Made by a program: the position numbers and the translations under genes. A stretch of DNA of 64,000 nucleotides, taken from the NCBI GenBank assembly GCA_017556745.1, contig JAFYMF010000055.1:171-64170 (forward strand), in the 5' to 3' direction. Of this stretch, positions 18,364-26,760 are shown in pieces. A model generated the notes under the pieces. That model was not told where the DNA came from. It saw only the letters and a list, made by a program, of their open reading frames with translations, and did no database searches. The stretch comes from Clostridia bacterium (GTDB taxonomy: Bacteria > Bacillota > Clostridia > Oscillospirales > CAG-272). The first letter of the stretch is position 1, and every line of letters begins with the position of its first letter.

Positions 18364-19353
18364 TTATATAATTATCGAAACAACGGCTATAAGACACATC
18401 ACAAAGGTGAACATCGAAAACGCGGTTACAACCTTAACCTCGCTCCAACCACACTTCTCAAAGTGATGATGTATGGGTGCCATCTTGAAAAATCTCTTTT
18501 TTGTTTTCTTGTAATAGAGTACCTGAATGATATCTGACATAGCCTCAATTATAAATATGAGACCTGCTATAACTATTATAAGCGGAGAGCCAATCATAAA
18601 GGCCGCACCAACGGTTATACCGCCGAGAAACAGTGAGCCGGTATCTCCCATAAACACTCTTGCCGGATGAGCATTATAAACGAGAAAGCCAAAGCATCCA
18701 CCCATAGCCGCACCGGAAAGGAGCGCAAGACCACTATCCTCCAGTCTGAAAGCACAGAAGGCAAAAAACGCCATTATGATAAGAGAAACCGAAGAAACAA
18801 GTCCGTCTATACCGTCGGTAAGGTTTGCACTGTTTACAATGCCTACGATCAATACTATTGCAAATATATAATAGAAGATTCCCAGATCAATACCCACACC
18901 CACAAACGGAATATAGAGAGTGGTTGATATAAAACCGAAAATTCCCATACCGGCAAGATAAATAGCCGCAACAAGTATCTGAAGTATCAGCTTCTGAGAT
19001 GCACTAAGTCCCTCATTCTGTTTCTTTGTAAGCTTTACCGAGTCATCAAAAATACCGATAAGACCGTTGAGCAACGCAAGACCGAAGGTAAACACAAGAG
19101 GAAGCAATTCATTAATGTCACTGCCCAGCGTAAGTTCAACCATAACATATACCGCAACTGCCAATGTTATAGCGATTATAAAGGATATGCCACCCATTGT
19201 GGGTGTACCTTCCTTTGACTTATGCCATCTGGGTCCTATGTCAAGAATCTTCTGTCCCATTTTAAGACTTTTAAGCTTTGGAATCAGAAATCTGAGTATA
19301 ACGGCAGTAACAATAAACACCGCCGCAATTGATGAAGCAAAGCTAATATACAT
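18364..19353 (-). CDS. mraY: phospho-N-acetylmuramoyl-pentapeptide transferase
   Basis: MraY motifs (NLTDGIDGL, MGDTGSLFLGG). ATG 19353 follows GAAGGAGA by 5 nt. Confidence 0.95.
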   Translation of the reverse strand: MYISFASSIAAVFIVTAVILRFLIPKLKSLKMGQKILDIGPRWHKSKEGTPTMGGISFIIAITLAVAVYVMVELTLGSDINELLPLVFTFGLALLNGLIGIFDDSVKLTKKQNEGLSASQKLILQILVAAIYLAGMGIFGFISTTLYIPFVGVGIDLGIFYYIFAIVLIVGIVNSANLTDGIDGLVSSVSLIIMAFFAFCAFRLEDSGLALLSGAAMGGCFGFLVYNAHPARVFMGDTGSLFLGGITVGAAFMIGSPLIIVIAGLIFIIEAMSDIIQVLYYKKTKKRFFKMAPIHHHFEKCGWSEVKVVTAFSMFTFVMCLIAVVSIII

Positions 19354-19374
19354 ATATGTCTCCTTCTGCGGCAA

Positions 19375-20838
19375 TCACTCTCCGAGTACCTCTCTAACCA
19401 GTGAGGCTTCATCAAACGGATGTTTGCCGCTGCTGTCTATCTCGTATTTTTCATGTCCTTTTCCGCAAAGCAAAACTATACTTCCGCTTGGAGTACTCTC
19501 AAGGGCAAATTTTATTGCAGTCCTGCGGTCAGGAATAATTTTATGCGGTTTTTCTTTGTCAATGCCTTTCATAATATCTCTTAATATCTGTTCGGGCGGT
19601 TCACCTCTACAGTTATCAGAGGTTATTACAGTCAGATCAGCAAGCGCCGTTGCAATTCTGCCCATTTCAGCGCGTTTACTTCTGTCCCTATCCCCTCCAC
19701 AACCGAAAAGCACGGTAATTTTCTGTCCTTCTTTTCTGAAAGCTCTAACAGAATTCAATACATTTTTCAGCGCATCCGGGGTATGGGCATAATCGATAAA
19801 GACAATAGGGGTATTTTCAGTTACAGTTATCTTTTCCATCCTGCCGTCTATACCGGCTAAGTCTCGAACCGCAGATATTATATTCTCCGGCATAATACCG
19901 CAGATGAGAGCAACGGATGCCGCCGCTAAAATATTATATACTGCAAATTCACAAGCAAGTGGGGAATAAATGCTGATAGATCCACCGCGACCGTGGAGCA
20001 GGTATCGAACACCACTTTCACCAAGCAGCTCTACGTTACGGGCCGAAAAGATTGCCCTCTCGTCCATACCATAGCTATAACTTTGTGGATAAACTCTAAA
20101 AAGAAGGTCACCGTATTTATCGTCAATGTTAAAAAGTCTAATTTGAGACATATCGAACAACCGTGATTTTGCTTTGAAATATTCCTCCATATTCCCGTGA
20201 TAATCAAGATGTTCCGGAGATAAATTTGTAAATATTCCAACAAAAAATTTTAACCCAGCGAGTCTACCCTCGGCTAAAGCATGAGATGATGCCTCCATAA
20301 AGACATACTCAACGCCCTCATTTTTCATTTGACTGAGTATTCTATACACGGTAGAAATATCAGGAGTTGTAAATGAATGGTTTCCAGAAGACGGCACGGC
20401 TATGACTTCATTGTTTATTTTACACGAGAGCGTTCCTATTGTACCGGTTTTATAACCTGCACGGCGGAATATCGCATCAAGTATAGTGACAGTTGATGTT
20501 TTTCCATTGGTACCGGTGACCGCAACAAGCTTCATTCCTCTTGACGGGTAGCCGTAGAATTTATCAAGCAAGGCTTGAAGAGCCACCTTTGTGTCAGACA
20601 CGAAAAATACCGGTATATTCCCTATATCACCTGTAGCACATCCTGCCTCTGCAATAATCGCAGCAGCACCGTTCTTGACCGCCGATTCGCAGTAATTATG
20701 TCCGTCAGTTTCTCTGCCCGAGATACATACAAACAGACTGCCTACAGTTACTTTTCTTGAATCGTCGGTGATATCACTGACACAAATATCTCCTTGATAT
20801 TCATGTTTAACAACTGAAATAAGCTCTGAAAGTTTCAA
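19375..20838 (-). CDS. murE: UDP-MurNAc-L-Ala-D-Glu--2,6-diaminopimelate ligase
   Basis: Mur ligase P-loop VTGTNGKTST. DNPR-like motif present as DNCR. dcw context. Confidence 0.92.
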   Translation of the reverse strand: MKLSELISVVKHEYQGDICVSDITDDSRKVTVGSLFVCISGRETDGHNYCESAVKNGAAAIIAEAGCATGDIGNIPVFFVSDTKVALQALLDKFYGYPSRGMKLVAVTGTNGKTSTVTILDAIFRRAGYKTGTIGTLSCKINNEVIAVPSSGNHSFTTPDISTVYRILSQMKNEGVEYVFMEASSHALAEGRLAGLKFFVGIFTNLSPEHLDYHGNMEEYFKAKSRLFDMSQIRLFNIDDKYGDLLFRVYPQSYSYGMDERAIFSARNVELLGESGVRYLLHGRGGSISIYSPLACEFAVYNILAAASVALICGIMPENIISAVRDLAGIDGRMEKITVTENTPIVFIDYAHTPDALKNVLNSVRAFRKEGQKITVLFGCGGDRDRSKRAEMGRIATALADLTVITSDNCRGEPPEQILRDIMKGIDKEKPHKIIPDRRTAIKFALESTPSGSIVLLCGKGHEKYEIDSSGKHPFDEASLVREVLGE

Positions 20839-20898
20839 ACAGAACGCCGCCTTTCATATAGAGTGGAAGATATTTTATACTTCCGCCCCGAAAGGCTT

Positions 20899-23208
20899 TT
20901 AATCTGTTCCGTCCATGTGTCTGAACTCGAGTGTGACGACCGTTCCTGCGGGAACAGCTTCTCCGGGTTCAGGACTCTGACTTACAACCACAGCACCGCT
21001 ACCGGAGTCAACGTTAACGGCACCTTCTATCTTGATATTAAGTCCTGCGTTTATAATAAGTCGGTTTGCCGCCACCGCAAGTTTTCCTGATACGTCAGGA
21101 ACGGTAACGGTATTCTTAGGTGTCTCTTTTCCGACATAGAGAATTATTCGTCCGTTTTCCTTACTCATAGAGCTACCTGCCTTAGGCACCTGGTCAACGA
21201 CCTTGTCACCCTCGCCAACAACTTCTACTTTCAGACCGCGATATTTAATATCACTCTTTGCATATTCAAGGTCAACACCCTTGTAGTTACTGACAGAGAT
21301 ATCTATATTTTTAAGTTCTTCCTCTGTGTATTCAGCCTCATATCCAAGATAAGGCAACACCGTACCAAGAAATTTTGAAACAAAAGGAGCGGCAACAACA
21401 CTACCGTATGAGCTACCAACGGTAGGTTCATCCACCACTATTATAATTGCTATCTCAGGATCGTCAGCAGGCGCAAATGCGACGCAGGAACCGACTCTGA
21501 GAGATTCATCTTCTTCATCTCGTTTCTGAGACGTACCTGTTTTAGCAGCTACCTTATATCCCTTAACATAAGCGTTTCTTGCACCGCCGTCACCGGATAC
21601 ACCCTCCTCAAGTATCTGCATAAGAAGCTCAGAGGTTGCCTCGCTTATTACCTGACGTCTTACCTCAGGCTCAAATGTCTCTACTGCACTGCCGGTATCA
21701 TCGGTTATTTCTTTAACGATATGAGGAGTTACAAGCTTACCGTCGTTAGCAACTCCGCAAAGCGCGGTAAGCTGCTGAAGTACTGTAGTCTTAAAGGTCT
21801 GACCGAAGGAATAAATAGCAAGCTCTACAGGACCCATATTTTCATACGCACTTCGGATAGTATTGTATTCGCTGGGCAGATCCACACCTGTAGTCTCTGC
21901 ATAACCGAAGTTTTCAAAATAATTATAAAACAGCTCTCGACCGAGTCGCTTATTTGTCTCCATCAGAGTAGGGTTACAGGACTGCTGAAGTCCCACAGCA
22001 AACGTAACCTTTCCATGTCCCACCAAACGGTGACAATGGATAGGATCTTTATATCCCTCAACATAGTAGGCACCGGAACAATAAAAAGTATCGTCCACGC
22101 TTACCGCATTCTCCTCAAGGGCGGCCGCCGCAGTTATTATCTTAAAGGTAGAGCCCGGCTCATAACGGTCGGTAATCGTCTTATTGTTCCACACATTATA
22201 CAGCATTTCGGAGTATCGTTCATTATACTCTTTACTTCCGTTTTCATAATGTGACAATTCTTCTATATCAAGCTCAGTAAGAACACTATATGGGGTATTC
22301 AAATCAAAGGTAGGATACTGAGCCATACCCAGGATCTCGCCTGTCTTAATCTGCATTACTACTCCGCAGACACCTTTAGTAGGTGCGGAAGTTTCATATG
22401 CCGCTTTGAGCTGATTTTCCAGCTCATACTGTATGCGCATATCGAGAGTAGAAATAATATTTTTTCCGTTCTCCGGTTCAATAAAACTCTCATATTCAAA
22501 TGGCATATCCTGGCTGTGGGCATCCTTTGCGTAAATATAGCGTCCCGCAGATCCTTTCAGAACACTATTATATCTGCTTTCAATACCAAGAACACCGTCG
22601 CCATTACTGCTGACAAATCCTATTGCGTTTGCCGCAAGACTACCATAACAATAGTACCTTTTACTTCCCGCTTCAAGATGAATCTCATTTGAAAGATCAT
22701 TTTCAGCAATAAACTGGCGAAGTTTATCGGCGGTATCGGCATCCACCTGTCGCTGTATAGTCTCATCGAGTCGTTTAACCTTTGCTGCCTTTTCCATCAC
22801 TTCATCGTAGGAAACCGAAAGAAATTTAGAAAGAGCATGAGATACCATTTGTGCCTCAGATACAGTAGCCACACCCGGTCCCATATTAGCAAGGGTATAA
22901 GCCTCACGTATCTTTAATTTTTTCTCGCTTGTATCATTGTCTACCCTCTGAATGTCTTTAGGAGATATAAATACCCTGTACACGGTAACATTGGTAGCAA
23001 GGAGATTACCGTTACGGTCATATATATTTCCTCGTTCAGCATTTACCTCTCCTTCGACAGTTATCTGATCGGTAACCTTCTCGAGATAGTAATCGTACTT
23101 GACTATCTGAAGTTTGAAAAGATTAGCAATAAGAACTGCCATAAACACGAGAAAGACTATTATAATTATTAAACTCCGTTTAAGAACCTGTACTCCGGGC
23201 CTTATCAA
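20899..23208 (-). CDS. class B penicillin-binding protein (PBP2B/SpoVD/FtsI type) with two C-terminal PASTA domains
   Basis: STFK, SCN and KTGT active-site motifs. Two PASTA-like repeats in the last ~130 aa. TTG 23208 follows GGAGG by 7 nt. Confidence 0.92.
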   Translation of the reverse strand: MIRPGVQVLKRSLIIIIVFLVFMAVLIANLFKLQIVKYDYYLEKVTDQITVEGEVNAERGNIYDRNGNLLATNVTVYRVFISPKDIQRVDNDTSEKKLKIREAYTLANMGPGVATVSEAQMVSHALSKFLSVSYDEVMEKAAKVKRLDETIQRQVDADTADKLRQFIAENDLSNEIHLEAGSKRYYCYGSLAANAIGFVSSNGDGVLGIESRYNSVLKGSAGRYIYAKDAHSQDMPFEYESFIEPENGKNIISTLDMRIQYELENQLKAAYETSAPTKGVCGVVMQIKTGEILGMAQYPTFDLNTPYSVLTELDIEELSHYENGSKEYNERYSEMLYNVWNNKTITDRYEPGSTFKIITAAAALEENAVSVDDTFYCSGAYYVEGYKDPIHCHRLVGHGKVTFAVGLQQSCNPTLMETNKRLGRELFYNYFENFGYAETTGVDLPSEYNTIRSAYENMGPVELAIYSFGQTFKTTVLQQLTALCGVANDGKLVTPHIVKEITDDTGSAVETFEPEVRRQVISEATSELLMQILEEGVSGDGGARNAYVKGYKVAAKTGTSQKRDEEDESLRVGSCVAFAPADDPEIAIIIVVDEPTVGSSYGSVVAAPFVSKFLGTVLPYLGYEAEYTEEELKNIDISVSNYKGVDLEYAKSDIKYRGLKVEVVGEGDKVVDQVPKAGSSMSKENGRIILYVGKETPKNTVTVPDVSGKLAVAANRLIINAGLNIKIEGAVNVDSGSGAVVVSQSPEPGEAVPAGTVVTLEFRHMDGTD

Positions 23209-23355
23209 AACATTGCCTCCGTATATTGATCTTCTGTGTTTTTTTAAAAAGTTACATAACGCACTGGGGCAGACAAGATAAAACGGATATGTACGTCTCT
23301 CTGTCTGCCCTAAGTTAAGCACCTAAAGTGCCTTTTTATTAATAATATTTTAATG

Positions 23356-24249
23356 TCAGTCTATATATTCCAAAAAGTTACTAAATACACTGAGGATAGC
23401 AGAGAAACCACCTTTGCTTTCTTCTTCTGCATTAATGATCAATCTCTTTTCATCACTAACAGTATTTATGTACTTAGTTTGTACGCTCTCTTTTTTTACC
23501 ATACCAATGGTATCAAGAGCATAACGCTCTATTTCTTCAAGATCGTCTCTGACCTCAAGTTCAAACGCCAAATCAGCCTCAACGTTAGTAAGTGCCTTAA
23601 CCTCTGCCTCAAGAGCAGATATTTCACTCTCGATAACAGACTTCTGCATAGAACAGTAGACGACTATCATAAACAGAAGTGCACATATTACAAGTGCAAT
23701 AACCGCACCTACAGGGAAATCGTTTTTCTTTATCTTTCTCTCGTCATCACGACCGAGATCACGACCTACAAATGCAGCACCCAAACTTGCAAGAGCGCTC
23801 TTTTTAGGCGCCCCTGCAGAGGTGTAGGAGGTCATAGCGGTAACACCTGAACGTTCGTTATTGTCTACCGCACCAATTGTCTTTGTGTTAAAACCGGCTG
23901 AAGCAGTCGCAAGAGCCTTTTCCCGTCTGGATTCAGCAGGATCATATATCTTTACGTCACGATCGTAAATGGGACGAGTCTGAGCATCTGTAGGTTCATA
24001 GGTTCGAAGAGCAGGTCTTACCTTGTAAGTAGGAGCAGGACGTCTCTCCTGTGACCAACCGTTACGCTGAGCCTCACGTCTGAGCTCTGCCTTTCTGATT
24101 TCACTACGATTTATTGCAGCACCTACACGACCACCGTACTGAGCACGCAACTTGTCGCAAAGAGGATTAACTCCGGCGCTGTTATTTTGACGCACATACT
24201 GTCGCGCTGTATGCTGTACATTATTCTTATTTTGCCGGTTATCCATCAT
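23356..24249 (-). CDS. ftsL: FtsL-like septation protein with ~177-aa N-terminal cytoplasmic extension
   Basis: TM at aa ~178-200, a coiled-coil segment, then EEIERYALDTIGMVKKE typical of FtsL/DivIC C-termini. Sits at the ftsL position between rsmH and the PBP gene. Confidence 0.7.
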   Translation of the reverse strand: MMDNRQNKNNVQHTARQYVRQNNSAGVNPLCDKLRAQYGGRVGAAINRSEIRKAELRREAQRNGWSQERRPAPTYKVRPALRTYEPTDAQTRPIYDRDVKIYDPAESRREKALATASAGFNTKTIGAVDNNERSGVTAMTSYTSAGAPKKSALASLGAAFVGRDLGRDDERKIKKNDFPVGAVIALVICALLFMIVVYCSMQKSVIESEISALEAEVKALTNVEADLAFELEVRDDLEEIERYALDTIGMVKKESVQTKYINTVSDEKRLIINAEEESKGGFSAILSVFSNFLEYID

Positions 24250-24372
24250 TGCAACTTCCTTTCAGTAATATTCGACACATGTCGTAGGAATATGTCATAT
24301 CTAAGGCCCATTACATCATTCGTGCCTATACGCTGCAGCAAACAAATTATATGCCGGACCTTAGATATTTTG

Positions 24373-25314
24373 TCAAATTTTGATTGCCGTCCTTAGTTTT
24401 GCACTTCCGGAACGTGAATTACTCTCAAGTTCCTGTGCGGACGGTAAAATAGGTTTTTTATTAAGCACTTTTAACTTTGGCTTGTTACCACACACACACA
24501 CCGGGAAATCCGGGGGGCAAGTACAACCGCGTGCCAAAGCAGAAAACTCATTTTTAACTGCTCTATCCTCAAGAGAGTGGAAAGTAATAACAGCTACAAT
24601 TCCACCAATGTCAAGAGCATCAGTAGCTGCCTTAATTGCCGGAGAAATTATATCAAGTTCTCCGTTTACTTCTATTCTGATTGCCTGAAAAACTCTTTTT
24701 GCCGGATGTCCCTCATCATGTCGCCGAGGATACACAGAAGCAACTATATCTACAAGCTGACCGGTAGTCTCAATAGGCGACTCCTCTCGTCTTTTCAGTA
24801 TGGCAGAAACAATTTTTGGAGTATACTTTTCCTCACCATACTCAAAAAAGATTCGTCTGAGTTCTTCCTCAGAATACCTATTTACTACTTCATAAGCTGT
24901 GAGACTGTCCTCGCGATTCATTCTCATATCGAGCGGAGCATCCTTCATATATGAGAATCCTCTATCGGCAGTATCAATCTGATGTGATGATACACCAAGA
25001 TCCATAAGGACACCGTTTACTTTATTAATTCCGAGTCCCTCAAGAATATCTGAGAGATTCAAGAAATTATCATGTACAAGTGTTACCTTGTCTGAAAAGG
25101 GAGATAAACGATTCCCTGCCGCCTCAATAGCGGCACTGTCACGGTCAATCGCTATGAGTCTTCCCTCAGTAAGCCGTGACACAATTTCATACGAATGACC
25201 GCCGCCACCGGCAGTACAATCTACATATATACCTTTGGGATCAATTCTAAGTGCATCGATACACTCATGAAGCATAACCGATACATGTGAAAAGGTGTTT
25301 ACTTCTTTATTCAT
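24373..25314 (-). CDS. rsmH: 16S rRNA (cytosine1402-N4)-methyltransferase
   Basis: HVSVMLHE, DCTAGGGGHS and FHSLEDR motifs. ATG 25314 lies immediately after the mraZ stop. Confidence 0.95.
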   Translation of the reverse strand: MNKEVNTFSHVSVMLHECIDALRIDPKGIYVDCTAGGGGHSYEIVSRLTEGRLIAIDRDSAAIEAAGNRLSPFSDKVTLVHDNFLNLSDILEGLGINKVNGVLMDLGVSSHQIDTADRGFSYMKDAPLDMRMNREDSLTAYEVVNRYSEEELRRIFFEYGEEKYTPKIVSAILKRREESPIETTGQLVDIVASVYPRRHDEGHPAKRVFQAIRIEVNGELDIISPAIKAATDALDIGGIVAVITFHSLEDRAVKNEFSALARGCTCPPDFPVCVCGNKPKLKVLNKKPILPSAQELESNSRSGSAKLRTAIKI

Positions 25315-25315
25315 A

Positions 25316-25744
25316 TCAGAAACCGAGAGTTCTAAGTTTATCAAGAATGCTAGCAGAATTCATCTGACTCTTCTTATCTGCCCAATTCTTATCCGACCAA
25401 ATCTCAACATGGTTGCCGGCACCAACTACAACAGCATTTTTCTCGATCTCAGCATATTCTCTAAGTTCTTGGGAAAGTATGATTCTTCCCTGCTTATCAG
25501 GCTGAACATCTACTGCATTTGAAAATAAAAACAGAAGAATATCACGCGCCTCAATTTGAGGGAGCTCATTAATCTTGTCAGTAAGCTTGTCCCACTCATT
25601 CATGGAATACACGGATATACACTTGTCAAAAAGCTGAGTAATAATAAAAGACTCTCCGAGCTGATCTCTGTGTTTAACAGGTATAAACAATCTGTTCTTG
25701 TCATCAACAGTATGAGGGTAATGTCCCACAAGAGTTGCCAACAC
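25316..25744 (-). CDS. mraZ: transcriptional regulator MraZ
   Basis: Two SpoVT/AbrB-like DxxxR repeats (DDKNRLFIP, DKQGRIIL). 142 aa when started at GTG 25744, 5 nt after GAGGTGA. Confidence 0.9.
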   Translation of the reverse strand: MLATLVGHYPHTVDDKNRLFIPVKHRDQLGESFIITQLFDKCISVYSMNEWDKLTDKINELPQIEARDILLFLFSNAVDVQPDKQGRIILSQELREYAEIEKNAVVVGAGNHVEIWSDKNWADKKSQMNSASILDKLRTLGF

Positions 25745-25772
25745 AGAAATCACCTCACTTTTGCGTAATTTT

Positions 25773-25811
25773 GATGGGTTTTGGGTACACTTTCCCCCAC
25801 AATTACCCATG
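25773..25811 (-). promoter_or_regulatory. candidate MraZ operator (TGGGN direct repeats)
   Basis: Minus strand reads TGGGT-AATTG-TGGGG-GAAAG-TGTAC immediately downstream of the -10. The plus strand carries two further TGGGT. Confidence 0.5.
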
Positions 25812-25818
25812 TAACATA

Positions 25819-25847
25819 ATTATAAAGTATTTTTTTCAAAAAATCAA
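25819..25847 (-). promoter_or_regulatory. P_mra promoter of the dcw cluster
   Basis: TTGATT-17 nt-TATAAT on the minus strand, ~75 nt upstream of the mraZ GTG. Confidence 0.7.
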
Positions 25848-26036
25848 TAGGTAATCTTGTATTTCTAAAAAGTTTTTTAACAAAATTACGCATTATTATT
25901 AATTTTTTTACCATATTTCGTTAAATATAACATTTTAATACAAAAGGGTTATAAACAGAGCATGGAGATGTAATAATTTATTGACAGTGAATATTTGTTT
26001 TAATCTATAGATCGGGAGGAGTGAATTGCCATTGGT

Positions 26037-26092
26037 AATTCCTGTCCCCACCGTATAAAGGATTTATGTATGCCCACGAGGGGACAGCAATT
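26037..26092. repeat. 13-bp-stem hairpin (AATTCCTGTCCCC / GGGGACAGCAATT)
   Basis: Inverted repeat with one C-C mismatch and a 30-nt loop. Confidence 0.7.
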
Positions 26093-26128
26093 GGTGTTTA
26101 GGAAGAATTATAATTATATTCGTCACCA

Positions 26129-26326
26129 CCCTACCGCGTTCAAGCACATTTTGAAAAAACATCTCTAACCTCGTAGGGGCGACCTTTGGTCGTCCGTTTT
26201 AATTATATCTTTATCGCTCGACAATCGGGCGAACACAGTTCTCCCCTACGGGTGTGATAGGCTCTGTCGAATAAAATACGGAATTAAGCTCTAAACAATC
26301 CATACCGCGTTTGAGCACATTTTTGA
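26129..26326. repeat. 26-nt direct repeats (171-bp spacing) flanking a GC-rich compound palindrome
   Basis: CCCTACCGCGTTCAAGCACATTTTGA (26129) versus CCATACCGCGTTTGAGCACATTTTTGA (26300). Between them, outer stem CGTAGGGG (26172) / CCCCTACG (26243) encloses hairpins GGGCGACC-TTT-GGTCGTCC and GGGCGAAC-ACA-GTTCTCCC. Confidence 0.8.
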
Positions 26327-26328
26327 GG

Positions 26329-26652
26329 ATACATAAAACAAAGGAAAAAACTCCTTCCACCACCGAATTCGGAATTTCGAAAATTCGAATTCTTGTGGTC
26401 CCCCTCCCTCAGGAGGGAGGCTTGAATGCACATGTTATACTGCTATAATTCTTGAGTATTAGTGGCGCATTCCACAAGAATTACTTGGTTATTCGAAGAA
26501 CACCGTTTTGCTAACGCAAAAACGTAATTCTTCTTTAGTTAGGCTCCCTCCAAGAACATTGTTTACAATGTTTCGGGAGCTGTCGAGCGTTATTTGCGAA
26601 GCAAATATCAAGACTGGGTGAGTATATTTGGAATGATGAAACTACATGAAAC
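26329..26652 (-). repeat. single copy of the multi-hairpin repeat family seen at 31128-31809 (inverted genomic orientation)
   Basis: The reverse complement shares identical blocks AGCCTCCCTCCTGAGGGAGGGGGACCACAAGAATTC (36 nt, 26387-26422) and CCGAATTCGGTGGTGGAAGGAG (22 nt, 26351-26372). It also shares the TTTCAT...ACTC(A/C)CCCAGTC block, with equivalent but sequence-diverged hairpins. Confidence 0.85.
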
Positions 26653-26656
26653 AATG

Positions 26657-26727
26657 AAAAAAACTCCGCCTTATGAGCGGAGTTTTTTAGAAAAGATAAA
26701 AGCGGCTCACCCGAAGGTAAGCCGCTT
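26657..26727 (-). terminator. two tandem terminator hairpins downstream of the surface-protein gene
   Basis: ACTCCGC-CTTATGA-GCGGAGT flanked by A/T runs (26657-26688). AGCGGCTCACC-CGAA-GGTAAGCCGCT followed by a T-rich tract on the minus strand (26691-26727). Confidence 0.75.
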
Positions 26728-26760
26728 TATTATTTAATCATTTCTGATTATCAAGGCTAA

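Noticed and set aside
25745-25810. N-terminal extension of mraZ in the ORF track (MGNCGGKCTQNPSKLRKSEVIS).
   Set aside because: It starts within about 10 nt of the -10 box and consists of the TGGGN operator repeats. The GTG at 25744 has a good SD (GAGGTGA) and gives a protein whose N-terminus resembles the canonical MraZ start.
25981-26055. Plus-strand TTGACA box followed by GGGAGGAG and a possible 10-codon mini-ORF (TTG CCA TTG GTA ATT CCT GTC CCC ACC GTA TAA).
   Set aside because: The -10 element is poor (TCTATA) and the mini-ORF runs through a hairpin arm of the repeat mosaic. There is no way to support coding from sequence alone.
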